Shown: positions 44,799 to 54,846 of the stretch, in pieces
Layout: every line of letters begins with the position of its first letter
Position numbering within the stretch: the stretch's first letter is position 1
Source: a virus
Direction: 5' to 3' (one strand)
DNA length: 64,000 bases
IMG/VR virus record: IMGVR_UViG_3300028027_000057
Location: 1-64,000 of that record
Position numbers and translations under genes: made by a program
Notes under the pieces: model-generated
What the model was told of the DNA's origin: nothing
The model's input: only the letters and a program-made list of their open reading frames with translations
Databases searched by the model: none

Positions 44799-45191
44799 TT
44801 AAGCTTGTAGGCTCTTTTTCTTTTCCATAAGTTTCTTGATAAGATCATCGATTTCTTCTTCTGATTCACACTCAGCAAGCATATCTTCTGATCCGCCTGA
44901 CTCATGTTCATCATATTCTTCATCGTCACTTTCTGAATCTTCATGGGCTTGAGACTCTTCGTCGTCGCTAAACCTACCAAAAGGAGAGCTTTCGTCTTCT
45001 TCTTTAACGATCTCTTCTGCTTTCTTAAGTCCTTCTTTCAATCCAGACTTAGAGTCTGAAGCTACTGTGACTTTTTTTAAGCCAGAAAGGTGACCTTTAA
45101 GCATATCAGAAGCCATCCCGTTAGCCTCTTTAAGGGCTTTCATCTTAGCTTTTTGCTCCAAGGGGCTCATTTTTTTACTTTTCCCAAACAT
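44799..45191 (-). CDS. Hypothetical protein with basic N-terminus and acidic C-terminus
   Basis: AAGGA SD; preceded by TAACAACT. Confidence 0.6.
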   Translation of the reverse strand: MFGKSKKMSPLEQKAKMKALKEANGMASDMLKGHLSGLKKVTVASDSKSGLKEGLKKAEEIVKEEDESSPFGRFSDDEESQAHEDSESDDEEYDEHESGGSEDMLAECESEEEIDDLIKKLMEKKKSLQA

Positions 45192-45215
45192 AATACATCC
45201 TTTTTTTCTATAAAT

Positions 45216-45223
45216 AGTTGTTA
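45216..45223 (-). promoter_or_regulatory. TAACAACT candidate late-promoter motif
   Basis: 24 nt upstream of ATG 45191. Confidence 0.6.
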
Positions 45224-47815
45224 AATACTAAGCGTGGTTGCTCTAAATCTAATTAATCCACTAACAAAACCTGAATAATTTGCCGAAGTATATCTGACTT
45301 GACCCCCTGTTGTGATCGACAATGTTACCCCAGATTCATCCCCAACTGCACTAATTGTCATATCAAAAGACCCTGCCTTATTGATTCCAACTAGTTCAAA
45401 TGTTTCAAATAACCCTAAAGTAGCGTCAATTTCAACGCTTACAAGGGCACTAAATGACCTAACTGTGGTATTACTGAATGCAAACCCAGTAATGCTGGCA
45501 GCGGCTACTTGGTTATTAGCTACAGCAAAGCTAGTCTCTTCAATGTCTCCAGCAGAACCTACAGCCACTCCAGCCAATAACTCAGCTACAGTTATTTTTT
45601 TTCTAGCAGAAGTTGAAACGTCCCAAATCAAAAGCTCATCGGCGTTGTCAGGGGTAGCGGCTAAAGCAGTGGTGCCTGTAATGTCCACAGATAAGCTACG
45701 AGTAGCAGTGATGTCTCCACCGCCAGCTAAACCAGAGTCTGCGGCAGTGCTAATTGATACAGTAGAGTGATCTACGTGATCATTTGCTGCGTAGTTAAGT
45801 AAAGAGTCATGGTCTACTCCAGCAGGCAATACTGTTGCTGAAATAGAAGGAGTTCCATCTAAGTAAGAAAAATCAATAGACGAACTGTCGACAAGTATAG
45901 TCCCTACAGCATCCTGAGCTGCTTCATCAAAATCAGTAACTTGAGAAGCTGGAATTGCGATAGATGTGTTACTAGCAGCGGTTAAACGACCTTTAGAATC
46001 AACAGTAAATGTTCCAACTTGAGTTGCAGACCCGTAACCAGTAGGAGTTACAGCAGTATTTGCAAGCGTTGTAACAAATGAACCTGTTCCAGAACCAGTG
46101 ACATCTCCTGTTAGAGTTATCGTTTGGTCGCCAGTATTTGTTCCCGATAATGAACTAACTGGAGCTGGGATACCAGTGATACCACCCCAAGCTACAGAGG
46201 ACGCGGCTCCAGCTGAATAAACAGCGTACCCACCAGCATTATCTAAGTTTGTGTCGTCTTTAACAAAGTACATAAGACTAGTATCTGTCTGTAATACGGT
46301 GTCGCCATTTTGAACAGTTGCAGTAGTAAGAGCGAATCTAGCAGTTTGATCGGCAACAATAACTAAACGTTCAAGTGCCGCAGGAGGGATTTGATTAACT
46401 GGGATTAATGAGTTTGCATCTAAAGAAGCAACGCCATTAGCACTACCCTTAGCAGTGGTAAGAATCCTAGAGTTAATATCTGTTTGTAATCCCGAAACTG
46501 TAGTATCAACTTGAGACTTAGTGTAGTAACGAATGTCTCCTCTAGCGTCAGTATGGTATTGTAAATGATCGTCAGCAGAAAGTCCAGACAATAATCCGTG
46601 AGAAGAAGCTTCCCCTGCTGGAGTATATAACTGAGTTCCTCTGAAATCTACGTACTCAGCTCCAGTGTCTGTTGAACGGACTCTAGATTTTGTAGCGTTA
46701 GTGTAGCCAGTAGCTGTTTGGAAGATTACGCTACCCATTGGGACGAATTCTGCAAATGGCATTCCGCTAAGAGTAGAAATTTCTAAGTTAGCATTAGTTC
46801 TAGCAGCAGAAGAAGTGGTATATGAAGCAGTACCTTGAATAGCAACAATTGGATTGTCAATATCATTAGTTGCAAATAAATGCACTAATACGAAGTCAAG
46901 AGAAGGAACTTCAGTTAATTGCCAAGCTCCTCCAGTGAATTCGTTGAAAGCAAGTCTTCCATTTGCCCCAGTATATCCAGCTGTCCCACTGTAAATAACA
47001 GGGTAAGCATCGGCAGCTTTCTTGCGCCAAAGGGTTCCACTTCGGTAAAGGATTGGGATTTGTGATTGAGCTAGGGATTGATGAAGAATGTCTTCGTCTC
47101 TAATAGACCCAGAATCTGCTGTGAACTGAGCGTTGGAATTTACATCCCCTGTACCATCTACGCTAAAGCCTAATAGGGCTAATCCTGACAGGTATCTTGC
47201 GCCAAAAACAGTGTGGAGGTAAGCGTGAGTTACTCCATCCATTGTTATGCCGTGTCTCTCGTCTGCGAAATAAGTGTGAGAGCTAATACTTGCATTCCAG
47301 TATACAATTGCTACAAAAGCAAATTGTTCTATGATTGCAGAGCTAAATACAGTAGTGCTTTCTAAAACTCCAGACTGGTTATAATAAATGTAGTGATTTC
47401 CACTAGTATTTGGAATTACTAAAGTTTGAGCAGCTGATACAGTATATTTTGCACTCTTTACATAAAAATCAAAAGAAGTTACAGCTGGTTGAATTGTGAA
47501 AGTTCTAGTTCCATCCACAAATGAGATTTGAGAATCTGCTCTGTTCAAGAAGCCTGTCGGCTCATTCATATCAGATAGTGAAGTAGCCACTAAAGCAGCA
47601 TCATCTATACCTTGAGTAGCACTATCCTGAGCAGCAGTAATCTGATCCTGAACTGAGCTTGAAACACCAGAAAGATAATCTAGCTCTACATCAGATACCG
47701 CACTAGAGACAATATCTCCACTAGAATCAATTACTGGGACCGTAGATGCAGTTTGTGCAGGAAGGTTAATCCCACCCTGTAACTTTACCTTGCTCTTAAA
47801 CTTCTGGTCAGCCAT
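45221..47815 (-). CDS. Tail/head fibre-like protein (864 aa)
   Basis: GVASLD...P..Q.P, DDH.QY, TLTGDVTGSG and TVDSKGRLTAA fibre motifs. Confidence 0.65.
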   Translation of the reverse strand: MADQKFKSKVKLQGGINLPAQTASTVPVIDSSGDIVSSAVSDVELDYLSGVSSSVQDQITAAQDSATQGIDDAALVATSLSDMNEPTGFLNRADSQISFVDGTRTFTIQPAVTSFDFYVKSAKYTVSAAQTLVIPNTSGNHYIYYNQSGVLESTTVFSSAIIEQFAFVAIVYWNASISSHTYFADERHGITMDGVTHAYLHTVFGARYLSGLALLGFSVDGTGDVNSNAQFTADSGSIRDEDILHQSLAQSQIPILYRSGTLWRKKAADAYPVIYSGTAGYTGANGRLAFNEFTGGAWQLTEVPSLDFVLVHLFATNDIDNPIVAIQGTASYTTSSAARTNANLEISTLSGMPFAEFVPMGSVIFQTATGYTNATKSRVRSTDTGAEYVDFRGTQLYTPAGEASSHGLLSGLSADDHLQYHTDARGDIRYYTKSQVDTTVSGLQTDINSRILTTAKGSANGVASLDANSLIPVNQIPPAALERLVIVADQTARFALTTATVQNGDTVLQTDTSLMYFVKDDTNLDNAGGYAVYSAGAASSVAWGGITGIPAPVSSLSGTNTGDQTITLTGDVTGSGTGSFVTTLANTAVTPTGYGSATQVGTFTVDSKGRLTAASNTSIAIPASQVTDFDEAAQDAVGTILVDSSSIDFSYLDGTPSISATVLPAGVDHDSLLNYAANDHVDHSTVSISTAADSGLAGGGDITATRSLSVDITGTTALAATPDNADELLIWDVSTSARKKITVAELLAGVAVGSAGDIEETSFAVANNQVAAASITGFAFSNTTVRSFSALVSVEIDATLGLFETFELVGINKAGSFDMTISAVGDESGVTLSITTGGQVRYTSANYSGFVSGLIRFRATTLSI

Positions 47816-47824
47816 TTATTTCTC

Positions 47825-48514
47825 CTATGAAATAATTATTTTTCCGTTAAATCGTAAATCTGGAGTTTGTTCGACTATAATTGTTATGTCGCCTAATATA
47901 TTTAATTCGATCGGGGCTTCTATTTCTTCAAAAAGACCCAAAACTTCTTCGTATATCTGAACTGTAGGATTTGCACCCTTAAGATGATCATCAGCTAATA
48001 CGGTGATCTGATATTGTCCAGAATCTGACACCCAATCAGTAGATAGAAAGCTAGCTACGTGAGGAGGGGTTGCGCTTCCTGTTATTTGGAAGTCTATTTC
48101 GCCGGTGAGTTCGTTAGCCGAGATATCTACGCTACCATTCGTTGATATAAACGAAATAACAGAGGCTCCATCTATCACACCGTCTGGAGTGGAGAAGAAT
48201 ATACTCGCAGCATCAAAACTACTAGCTAGTAATCTGAAATGTAGCCCGTTTACTGGGTTAAACACTAGACATACTACTTCGAGTTGATCGTATCCGTAGA
48301 CATCGATCAACTCATTAACGTTGCCGGTCAAATCAGACAATGTAACCCAAGTTGTTTGGTTTACAATTCTAGCTCTAACGCGAACTACGTTAGCTGGACC
48401 AGCGCCTGCGGTGATAAAGCGAACTTTACCCTCGTCTTTAATCGTTCCAATCCCAAGAGACCCGGGTACTGTAACTGTTAGGTCTAAACCATATACTAAA
48501 TCAGTATCGGACAT
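47825..48514 (-). CDS. Structural protein
   Basis: Beta-rich; H..G.NP.VQ.Y C-terminal motif. Confidence 0.5.
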   Translation of the reverse strand: MSDTDLVYGLDLTVTVPGSLGIGTIKDEGKVRFITAGAGPANVVRVRARIVNQTTWVTLSDLTGNVNELIDVYGYDQLEVVCLVFNPVNGLHFRLLASSFDAASIFFSTPDGVIDGASVISFISTNGSVDISANELTGEIDFQITGSATPPHVASFLSTDWVSDSGQYQITVLADDHLKGANPTVQIYEEVLGLFEEIEAPIELNILGDITIIVEQTPDLRFNGKIIIS

Positions 48515-48524
48515 GTAAATCCTA

Positions 48525-48941
48525 TTATTTTAAACGTCTAGAAATCTTATATTTCAATACTTCTAACTCATCTGCAATGCCAGCTATTAAATTCTTCGTT
48601 CCCTCAGAAGCATCGCTCTTACAAAGCTGATTACACAGCTTACAAGCTTCTTCAGCTTGGGAAAGAAGGAACGCATAGTATTCCTTATTCTCTTTTACTC
48701 CACAACAAGGAGCAGAAGCTAGCTTTTGACACACAGCAGACATTACTGACTGTAATTTAAGCTGTTCTTCTTGACCTAACCCGATCATTCGCTCTGAAAT
48801 AGAGTCGAAATAACCTTCAGCTTGTCCATATACTGAGCCGAAGAACTCGTGATCTTGAAAGAATACGGTTCTAGCACACATAAGGTGAGCAGAGTGACTA
48901 AACATTTGCATTGCTCTGAATAACACTACTAATTGTAACAT
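48525..48941 (-). CDS. Dps/ferritin-like four-helix protein
   Basis: H.AH....F...HEFF...Y......D...ER, G..NL. Confidence 0.65.
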   Translation of the reverse strand: MLQLVVLFRAMQMFSHSAHLMCARTVFFQDHEFFGSVYGQAEGYFDSISERMIGLGQEEQLKLQSVMSAVCQKLASAPCCGVKENKEYYAFLLSQAEEACKLCNQLCKSDASEGTKNLIAGIADELEVLKYKISRRLK

Positions 48942-48955
48942 AAAACTCCTATTAT

Positions 48956-49441
48956 TTAAATAACTTTAAGTCTTGCTGCGTCTCTTTCTGCTTTAAATTC
49001 GACAGATAGAGCTTCCCCACGTTCCATAGCTCTGATTACAATATAATCCGTAGCAGCTAGATAAGCTAAAGCGGCAACTGACTCGGCTTCTGCCGCAAGT
49101 TGCGCTGTAATATCTTCTATCTCTACAGTATATTGAGCTGGGCTAACTAAAACAGTCTGAGTTTCATACACAGCTGGCGAAATAACGCCGTCTGGATCGA
49201 TTTCATACACAGCAGGGTCAACTTCGTCTCCGTATGAGTCGAAAGTAGCTTCAGATACTAAAACTTGAACAGGCCCGCGAACCTCTTCAGAGATAAGTAC
49301 TTCCTGTGAAGAGAAGATATCCTTATGACCGAATGTTCCCATGCCTTCGTGGGAAGCAAGCCAAGCTTGAGCCTCCTCCATAGTTGGGAAAGAGGCTTGG
49401 TTAGTTACTTGTGATTCTTTGATGATGCTTATTCGTATCAT
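48956..49441 (-). CDS. Tail fibre assembly-like protein
   Basis: Follows the fibre gene; C-terminal YLA.TDY.V.R..E.G......R..AR. Confidence 0.55.
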   Translation of the reverse strand: MIRISIIKESQVTNQASFPTMEEAQAWLASHEGMGTFGHKDIFSSQEVLISEEVRGPVQVLVSEATFDSYGDEVDPAVYEIDPDGVISPAVYETQTVLVSPAQYTVEIEDITAQLAAEAESVAALAYLAATDYIVIRAMERGEALSVEFKAERDAARLKVI

Positions 49442-49442
49442 A

Positions 49443-52400
49443 TTAGTTTATCCCTGAAATTTTAGCGATTGAAAAGTAGTTGTGTATTCCTGAGCTAGCA
49501 AATAGAGTAGTTGCTGATCCTCTAGGTTGATAGGTGGCAATTGACACAGTATCGCCTTTATTTAGATAAATAGTATCTGATACAGTTACGCCAAAGTTTG
49601 TAGTAATTGCTTGAGTTACAGTTCTAGTATTTGTAGTAACATTTCCATTTTTATAAATGTTAAGCTCTACTCCAGAAGTTGCAGCCCAAGCTACTGATGT
49701 ATAAAGTACACCAGCGTCCACTTTATAGTATCCAGACACCGGGCAAGTAAATACACCAGTTGCAGAATTTAGAGCATTATGAGTATCAAATGTTTTAGTT
49801 GCATCCCAAGTAACTACAGTAGCTGTATTATTTGGAATACTCTGCCCACTAGTCTGCACAGCTCTAGCAGCAACTCTGTCAATTCCAAGCCCAGTGAGAG
49901 CAGGATTCTTGCTTGCGTTTACTACGAGGTAGCCTGAAGTTTGCGATGTAATATCTTCAAATAAAAAGGCGTGAGATACAGTTGTAGTTTGTGAAATATT
50001 GCCAGCGTCTATATACAAAATACCAGTACTTTCGTTATAAGTGTTATATTTAACACCAATATCATCAGTCGTTCCAGCAACCCAGAAATCTAAATTCCCT
50101 GCCGTTACTTTTCCTGTACTCTTGTATAAATTCCTGCTAATCCCTTTCAATCCCTTTCCAATCTGTATTGCAATAGCCGCTGGCTGAGCATCTGTACTAG
50201 CAGCGTTATAAGCTCTAGTATAAATCAATATCCCATTTGCATTCATATTAGCTGTAGTTTGAGCAGGTGCTTGCAAAACCGTAGTTTGTGTACGAGTATT
50301 AGTATTAGCTGCGTATCTAAAAGTAATGAAAGTTCCTACTGGAGCATTTGCCAAAGTAGAAAGTGTATACTGAGTATCTGGTGCCCAAGTTAAAGCAGCC
50401 GTGTCTGTGCTGAAGGTTTCGGGAGCTGTGAGGATGGTATCAGAAGCTGCTGTTGCTAGGACTGAAACTACCTGTCTAGAACTGCTTCCTGCTCCACTTG
50501 AGTTAGATACATAAAAAGTAGACCCAGCACTTATAATACCAGCGTATGAACAACTTGCTCCTCCAGTAACTGCTCCATTCTCAAATTGACGAGCAACATC
50601 TACTCCGTCCAAGAAGATAGTAGCTTGTACTTGAGTTACTCCAACTTGAAGCATTGCACTAATAGTATAGTTACCAGTTTTTAATGCTGTATATACCCCA
50701 GTACTTGAGTTATAAGAAAAGATACCATTAGCAGTATTCCTATTTAAAGCTCCAGTAACTGTTGCACTTGTTCCAACCGTTTGAGTTATGTCCATAAAAC
50801 TATGCTGACTAACTGGCTGAGGCACGTTAACAAAAGGAGTAACATTGACCCCTGTTACGTTAGGCTTGCCTACTTTTGAGATTGTGAAGCGAGTATCCGA
50901 ACCTGTATTTCCACTGGGACTAGATACCTTGGCACTTATTACATCCCCTACAGTTAAGTACCCTGACCAACTAGCTGTAGCCTGTTTTAAAACAACCGAT
51001 GCCGTATTCAGTTGCTGATTGTCATAGGCTAAATAAGTACTACCATTAAGCATGATTTGAGCTGTTGTTTCCGTAACATTCGCTGAAGATTCTTCAGTAT
51101 AGCTTACGTTATAAATCCCACTCGCCTTAGCAATAAACTGCCCACCAAGCGTAGCACTATCAATGTACTCAATATCCGTTCCAATATTCTGTATAGTACT
51201 GGCAAATCTACGTGTTGTAGTAGCAGATGAACCAAAGCCATTAGCACCAGATAAGCGCACACAGCTATCGCTTTCGCTAAACTGGGGAAGGGTGTTAGAG
51301 ACTGACACTTGGATTTCTTGCTCTTGGAATGAGAGATTGAGGATATTGCTTGCATTAGCAGTCGGATTTACAGGAGAACTTAGTGCTACACGAATAACAT
51401 CACCAACATTAACAAACCCTGTCCAAGATGGATTGTATGTGTCATTAGTTCCTGTTGAAAATTCACCGGATAGAATTTCAGATGCAGCAGGAGTTACATT
51501 CAATACTGCTTGATTTTTTGTAATCGACATAAATGCAGTAGACGTAAAATAAAGCGTAGAACTTACAGAAAGCAAGCCTGCCTTTGTCATTGTTACATAC
51601 GTACCATTTGTTGCATTGTTTGTTACAGTGAAGGCATCTCCACGAATCTTAGCTTGCGTGTCAAACTTAATGATAAAGGTATCTGTTGAACCCCTAGAAC
51701 TAGCACCTTCAAAGCGTAGCTCAGAAGTTGGGATAGTGATCTTGCTGTTTGTGTTTACGGATACTTGTTTTAGTGAGCCTTCTTTTACAATTGTAATTAT
51801 AGCAGCAGATGATGTATTGTTTAAATTCAATAATCTTATTTTCTGTCCAACATCTAAAAATTCTGAAAAACTAACAACTCCACCTGCTCCTGTAGAGGGG
51901 TATATAGTTGTATAACTTCTTACTACTCCATCTACTTGTAATTGAATAGATGGACTTGCATTTCCTGCCGGAACTGCGTGTGCATGAGCTGTGTACACTC
52001 CAGATTTCTGTATTGTAAATTCTCCAGTAGCTCCATTGTAAGAAATAGCTGATCCTATAAACTTATTGGTAGTAGTAAATAAGAAGTTAGCAGCAGCTAG
52101 AGTAGTACCAGCAGACATGTTAATACTAGTATCAGCTTCCTGCACTAACCCACTCTGGGTTAGGGGAATGGCAACAGAGGAAGAGGCTGATAGACCAGCA
52201 CAGGGAACGGATGCGAAGAATGCTCCTGTTTCAGAAGCTAATAATATTACATCTCCATTTTGTTTAATTAATGGATTAATAGCATTTGTGGAATCATCTA
52301 AGCTTATTGATAAATAATTAACAGATGGTTCTATCAGTATTACTGCTTGTTTTTGAGTGTTACCTGTTCCAGCAGAACGTACCCATTTTCCAACAGGCTG

Positions 52401-54227
52401 AATACTTGGAATAATACCAGAACCAGCAGATGTATATCCATTTGGAAGAGAAAATCTGGCTTGTACTGAAGTAGGGGTTCCTGAAGTAAATTTACCTCTT
52501 ATTTCTACATTTTCTCCCACCTGTCTCCATTCAAATTCAATAGCACTTGGAGTACCGAATCCTTGAATTGTGGGAGTATACCCCTGCCAAGCGGTAAGGT
52601 TAGGCACTGTAACAGAAGTCTCCAAAAGACTTACATTAGCAAGCTCAATAACAACGTCATCTACATACGACTCAGGAAGACCAGCTTCTTGAAGTGCAGT
52701 AACTGTGTATGATAAACTGGCACAATTTGTTGGAATTACAAAGCTAAACGTCTTGCGATCAGGAAGTGCTGAGAACTTAGCCGTAATAGTGGCTGAAGCC
52801 GTAGCAGCTTGTGAGATTACAATAGTATTTGCAGCTGTATTGATTGAGCTAATTACTGTGGCAGTTGGAATACCAGCACCAGTAATAGTCATGCCCACTT
52901 TAAGCAAGTTAATATCTACGTTAGAGAAGCCAGAAATAGTCGTAGTAGCGTTTGTAACGGCTGTAGCAACTTGGTACTGGCTCGTTGAGATTGAGCTAGA
53001 AGCCATGATTACAGCAGAGTTTGTTTCGTCTGTAACTAGGAGAGTCAAGTTGCCTGAAGTGGCAGAAGAGCGCACTTGAAGCGACATTGCCATCAAGTCA
53101 CCACGGTATTTTCTGTCAACAGCAATTACTTGCTTGAATGACTGAGAAGAAGCAGCTTGGTGAATCAGACGAGCAGACTGAGTTCCATCAATTGGATTGG
53201 AAGTAGTAAGCGCAAGCCCAGTCTGGGTGAAGTTAGCTAAGATAGCTGAGTCAAAAGTCTGAGTTAAGAGCGCGTTTATGTTAGCAACGCCGCCGCCTGA
53301 ACCAACTGACACCAAAACAGCGTCAACAACTTGATACATAGCTTTAGTATCAGTAGCAAATACCATCTGACCATTACCAGCAGGAGGGGTAAATGATGCA
53401 GCATAGGTTACTAAGTTAGCAAGAGTGTCTTGTTTAACGTCAGAACGACTTGGAGTAACAATAGAAGGAGAGTTTAATACTGGAGAAGTGAGAGTCTTGG
53501 ATGACAATGTTTGAGAATCAGTCGTTCCTACGATAGCACCAGACACTCCGTGAGCTGATGTAGCCCCTGTGTGTGCTCCTAGAGCAGATGTGGTAGCCCG
53601 TGTGTCAATATCTGATTGTAGCTCGTTTAAAGCGGCTTGGACTTCAGTAGCAGCTAGGTTGCCTGAAGGGATAGAAGAGATAGCAGAGGCATCATGTGCA
53701 TCAATTGTATCTGTAATGTGAGCGCCGAGATCATTATAAGTGTTTTCGATCTCAACTTGGTGTTCAGCAAGCGCGGCTTGAACTTCCGTTGCAGCTAATC
53801 CAGAGATAGCAGATACTGAAATAGCAGAAGCATCGTGAGCATCTACTGTATCGTTAATATGGTCAGACAATCCAGTTGCGGTAGCTTTAGAATTTAGCTG
53901 ATCTTGAACGTTTGAAGTTACTGTAGAGATATATTGGAATTCTGTGTTAGAAACAGAGCCATCTGCGAGCTTAGAAGCGTCAATTGCAGCAGCTGCTTTA
54001 ATGTCAGCGTTCTCGATATTTGTGATTGTATTAGAATCAGCGTCTATTGTCTTATTTGTAAGGGTGGCGCTGTGAGATTCAGTAACTACCGGGGAAACAG
54101 ATGTACCATTATGGTAACCTAGCTTGCCTGTAGAGTCAATAACCTCTAATTCCCCTTTAGCGTCTGCCGTAGAAGAAGTCTTAGGAACGATTTTAAGCCC
54201 GAGTAAGAATTTTTTGATACCAAACAT
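49443..54227 (-). CDS. Large tail fibre/receptor-binding protein (1594 aa)
   Basis: N-terminal AHDASAIS...ATEVQAAL repeats; several C1q-like beta domains (G.F...SG.Y, YL..GD). Confidence 0.75.
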   Translation of the reverse strand: MFGIKKFLLGLKIVPKTSSTADAKGELEVIDSTGKLGYHNGTSVSPVVTESHSATLTNKTIDADSNTITNIENADIKAAAAIDASKLADGSVSNTEFQYISTVTSNVQDQLNSKATATGLSDHINDTVDAHDASAISVSAISGLAATEVQAALAEHQVEIENTYNDLGAHITDTIDAHDASAISSIPSGNLAATEVQAALNELQSDIDTRATTSALGAHTGATSAHGVSGAIVGTTDSQTLSSKTLTSPVLNSPSIVTPSRSDVKQDTLANLVTYAASFTPPAGNGQMVFATDTKAMYQVVDAVLVSVGSGGGVANINALLTQTFDSAILANFTQTGLALTTSNPIDGTQSARLIHQAASSQSFKQVIAVDRKYRGDLMAMSLQVRSSATSGNLTLLVTDETNSAVIMASSSISTSQYQVATAVTNATTTISGFSNVDINLLKVGMTITGAGIPTATVISSINTAANTIVISQAATASATITAKFSALPDRKTFSFVIPTNCASLSYTVTALQEAGLPESYVDDVVIELANVSLLETSVTVPNLTAWQGYTPTIQGFGTPSAIEFEWRQVGENVEIRGKFTSGTPTSVQARFSLPNGYTSAGSGIIPSIQPVGKWVRSAGTGNTQKQAVILIEPSVNYLSISLDDSTNAINPLIKQNGDVILLASETGAFFASVPCAGLSASSSVAIPLTQSGLVQEADTSINMSAGTTLAAANFLFTTTNKFIGSAISYNGATGEFTIQKSGVYTAHAHAVPAGNASPSIQLQVDGVVRSYTTIYPSTGAGGVVSFSEFLDVGQKIRLLNLNNTSSAAIITIVKEGSLKQVSVNTNSKITIPTSELRFEGASSRGSTDTFIIKFDTQAKIRGDAFTVTNNATNGTYVTMTKAGLLSVSSTLYFTSTAFMSITKNQAVLNVTPAASEILSGEFSTGTNDTYNPSWTGFVNVGDVIRVALSSPVNPTANASNILNLSFQEQEIQVSVSNTLPQFSESDSCVRLSGANGFGSSATTTRRFASTIQNIGTDIEYIDSATLGGQFIAKASGIYNVSYTEESSANVTETTAQIMLNGSTYLAYDNQQLNTASVVLKQATASWSGYLTVGDVISAKVSSPSGNTGSDTRFTISKVGKPNVTGVNVTPFVNVPQPVSQHSFMDITQTVGTSATVTGALNRNTANGIFSYNSSTGVYTALKTGNYTISAMLQVGVTQVQATIFLDGVDVARQFENGAVTGGASCSYAGIISAGSTFYVSNSSGAGSSSRQVVSVLATAASDTILTAPETFSTDTAALTWAPDTQYTLSTLANAPVGTFITFRYAANTNTRTQTTVLQAPAQTTANMNANGILIYTRAYNAASTDAQPAAIAIQIGKGLKGISRNLYKSTGKVTAGNLDFWVAGTTDDIGVKYNTYNESTGILYIDAGNISQTTTVSHAFLFEDITSQTSGYLVVNASKNPALTGLGIDRVAARAVQTSGQSIPNNTATVVTWDATKTFDTHNALNSATGVFTCPVSGYYKVDAGVLYTSVAWAATSGVELNIYKNGNVTTNTRTVTQAITTNFGVTVSDTIYLNKGDTVSIATYQPRGSATTLFASSGIHNYFSIAKISGIN

Positions 54228-54243
54228 TATTTATTCCTTGTAA

Positions 54244-54744
54244 TTAATCATTTAAAATTGAAATAGCTCTATAAGAAACAATTCCATCATGGTTGATTCC
54301 AGTTAGTGGACTTGTAGAGAATTGAATCTGGCCTAAGTCAGTGATACTGAAAGTAATTTGCCCTTCGCCTTGAAAAACGCGGACAATTTCCCATTTCTGA
54401 GTAGGAGGGTTAGATGCATTATAATTGATTTCTAATGTCCCAGCTTCTGTCAGTTCCTGACCATCTGAAGGTCCAGAATTGGCAGTTTTACGATAAACAG
54501 TGTAGTAAATAGTAGCGGCTCTAACGTCGGCACTTGGAAAACTTAGGTTATTTAAGTCCACGTTGGTAGCTGAGTTATTTGCGTCGATATCTTGTGCTTG
54601 TGGGGGAACATCATAAGTGGCGGAAACCGAGTTTATAGCGTCAGCTAGAGCCTCAATTGACTCGATTATAGCTGGTGCCCAGTTCGGACTTGAACCAGAT
54701 GTAGGGAGGACAATAGTCGTTCCCTTAATTGTGATTTTAGACAT
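54244..54744 (-). CDS. Structural protein, related to the C-terminal domain of 45221..47815
   Basis: L.F....VR......V and SIT..GQ..F/Y similarity. Confidence 0.5.
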   Translation of the reverse strand: MSKITIKGTTIVLPTSGSSPNWAPAIIESIEALADAINSVSATYDVPPQAQDIDANNSATNVDLNNLSFPSADVRAATIYYTVYRKTANSGPSDGQELTEAGTLEINYNASNPPTQKWEIVRVFQGEGQITFSITDLGQIQFSTSPLTGINHDGIVSYRAISILND

Positions 54745-54773
54745 CTATTCTCCTGAGGGATGAATCTGCATAT

Positions 54774-54781
54774 AGTTGTTA
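54774..54781 (-). promoter_or_regulatory. TAACAACT candidate late-promoter motif
   Basis: Just downstream of the capsid terminator, 29 nt upstream of ATG 54744. Confidence 0.65.
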
Positions 54782-54790
54782 ATCTCTGCT

Positions 54791-54824
54791 AAAATAAAAA
54801 AGCCCCACCAGAACGGCAGGGCTT
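54791..54824 (-). terminator. Rho-independent terminator after the major capsid gene
   Basis: Minus strand AGCCCTGCC-GTTCT-GGTGGGGCT followed by TTTTTATTTT. Confidence 0.85.
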
Positions 54825-54846
54825 CTTATTGTACTACTAGGAGGGA

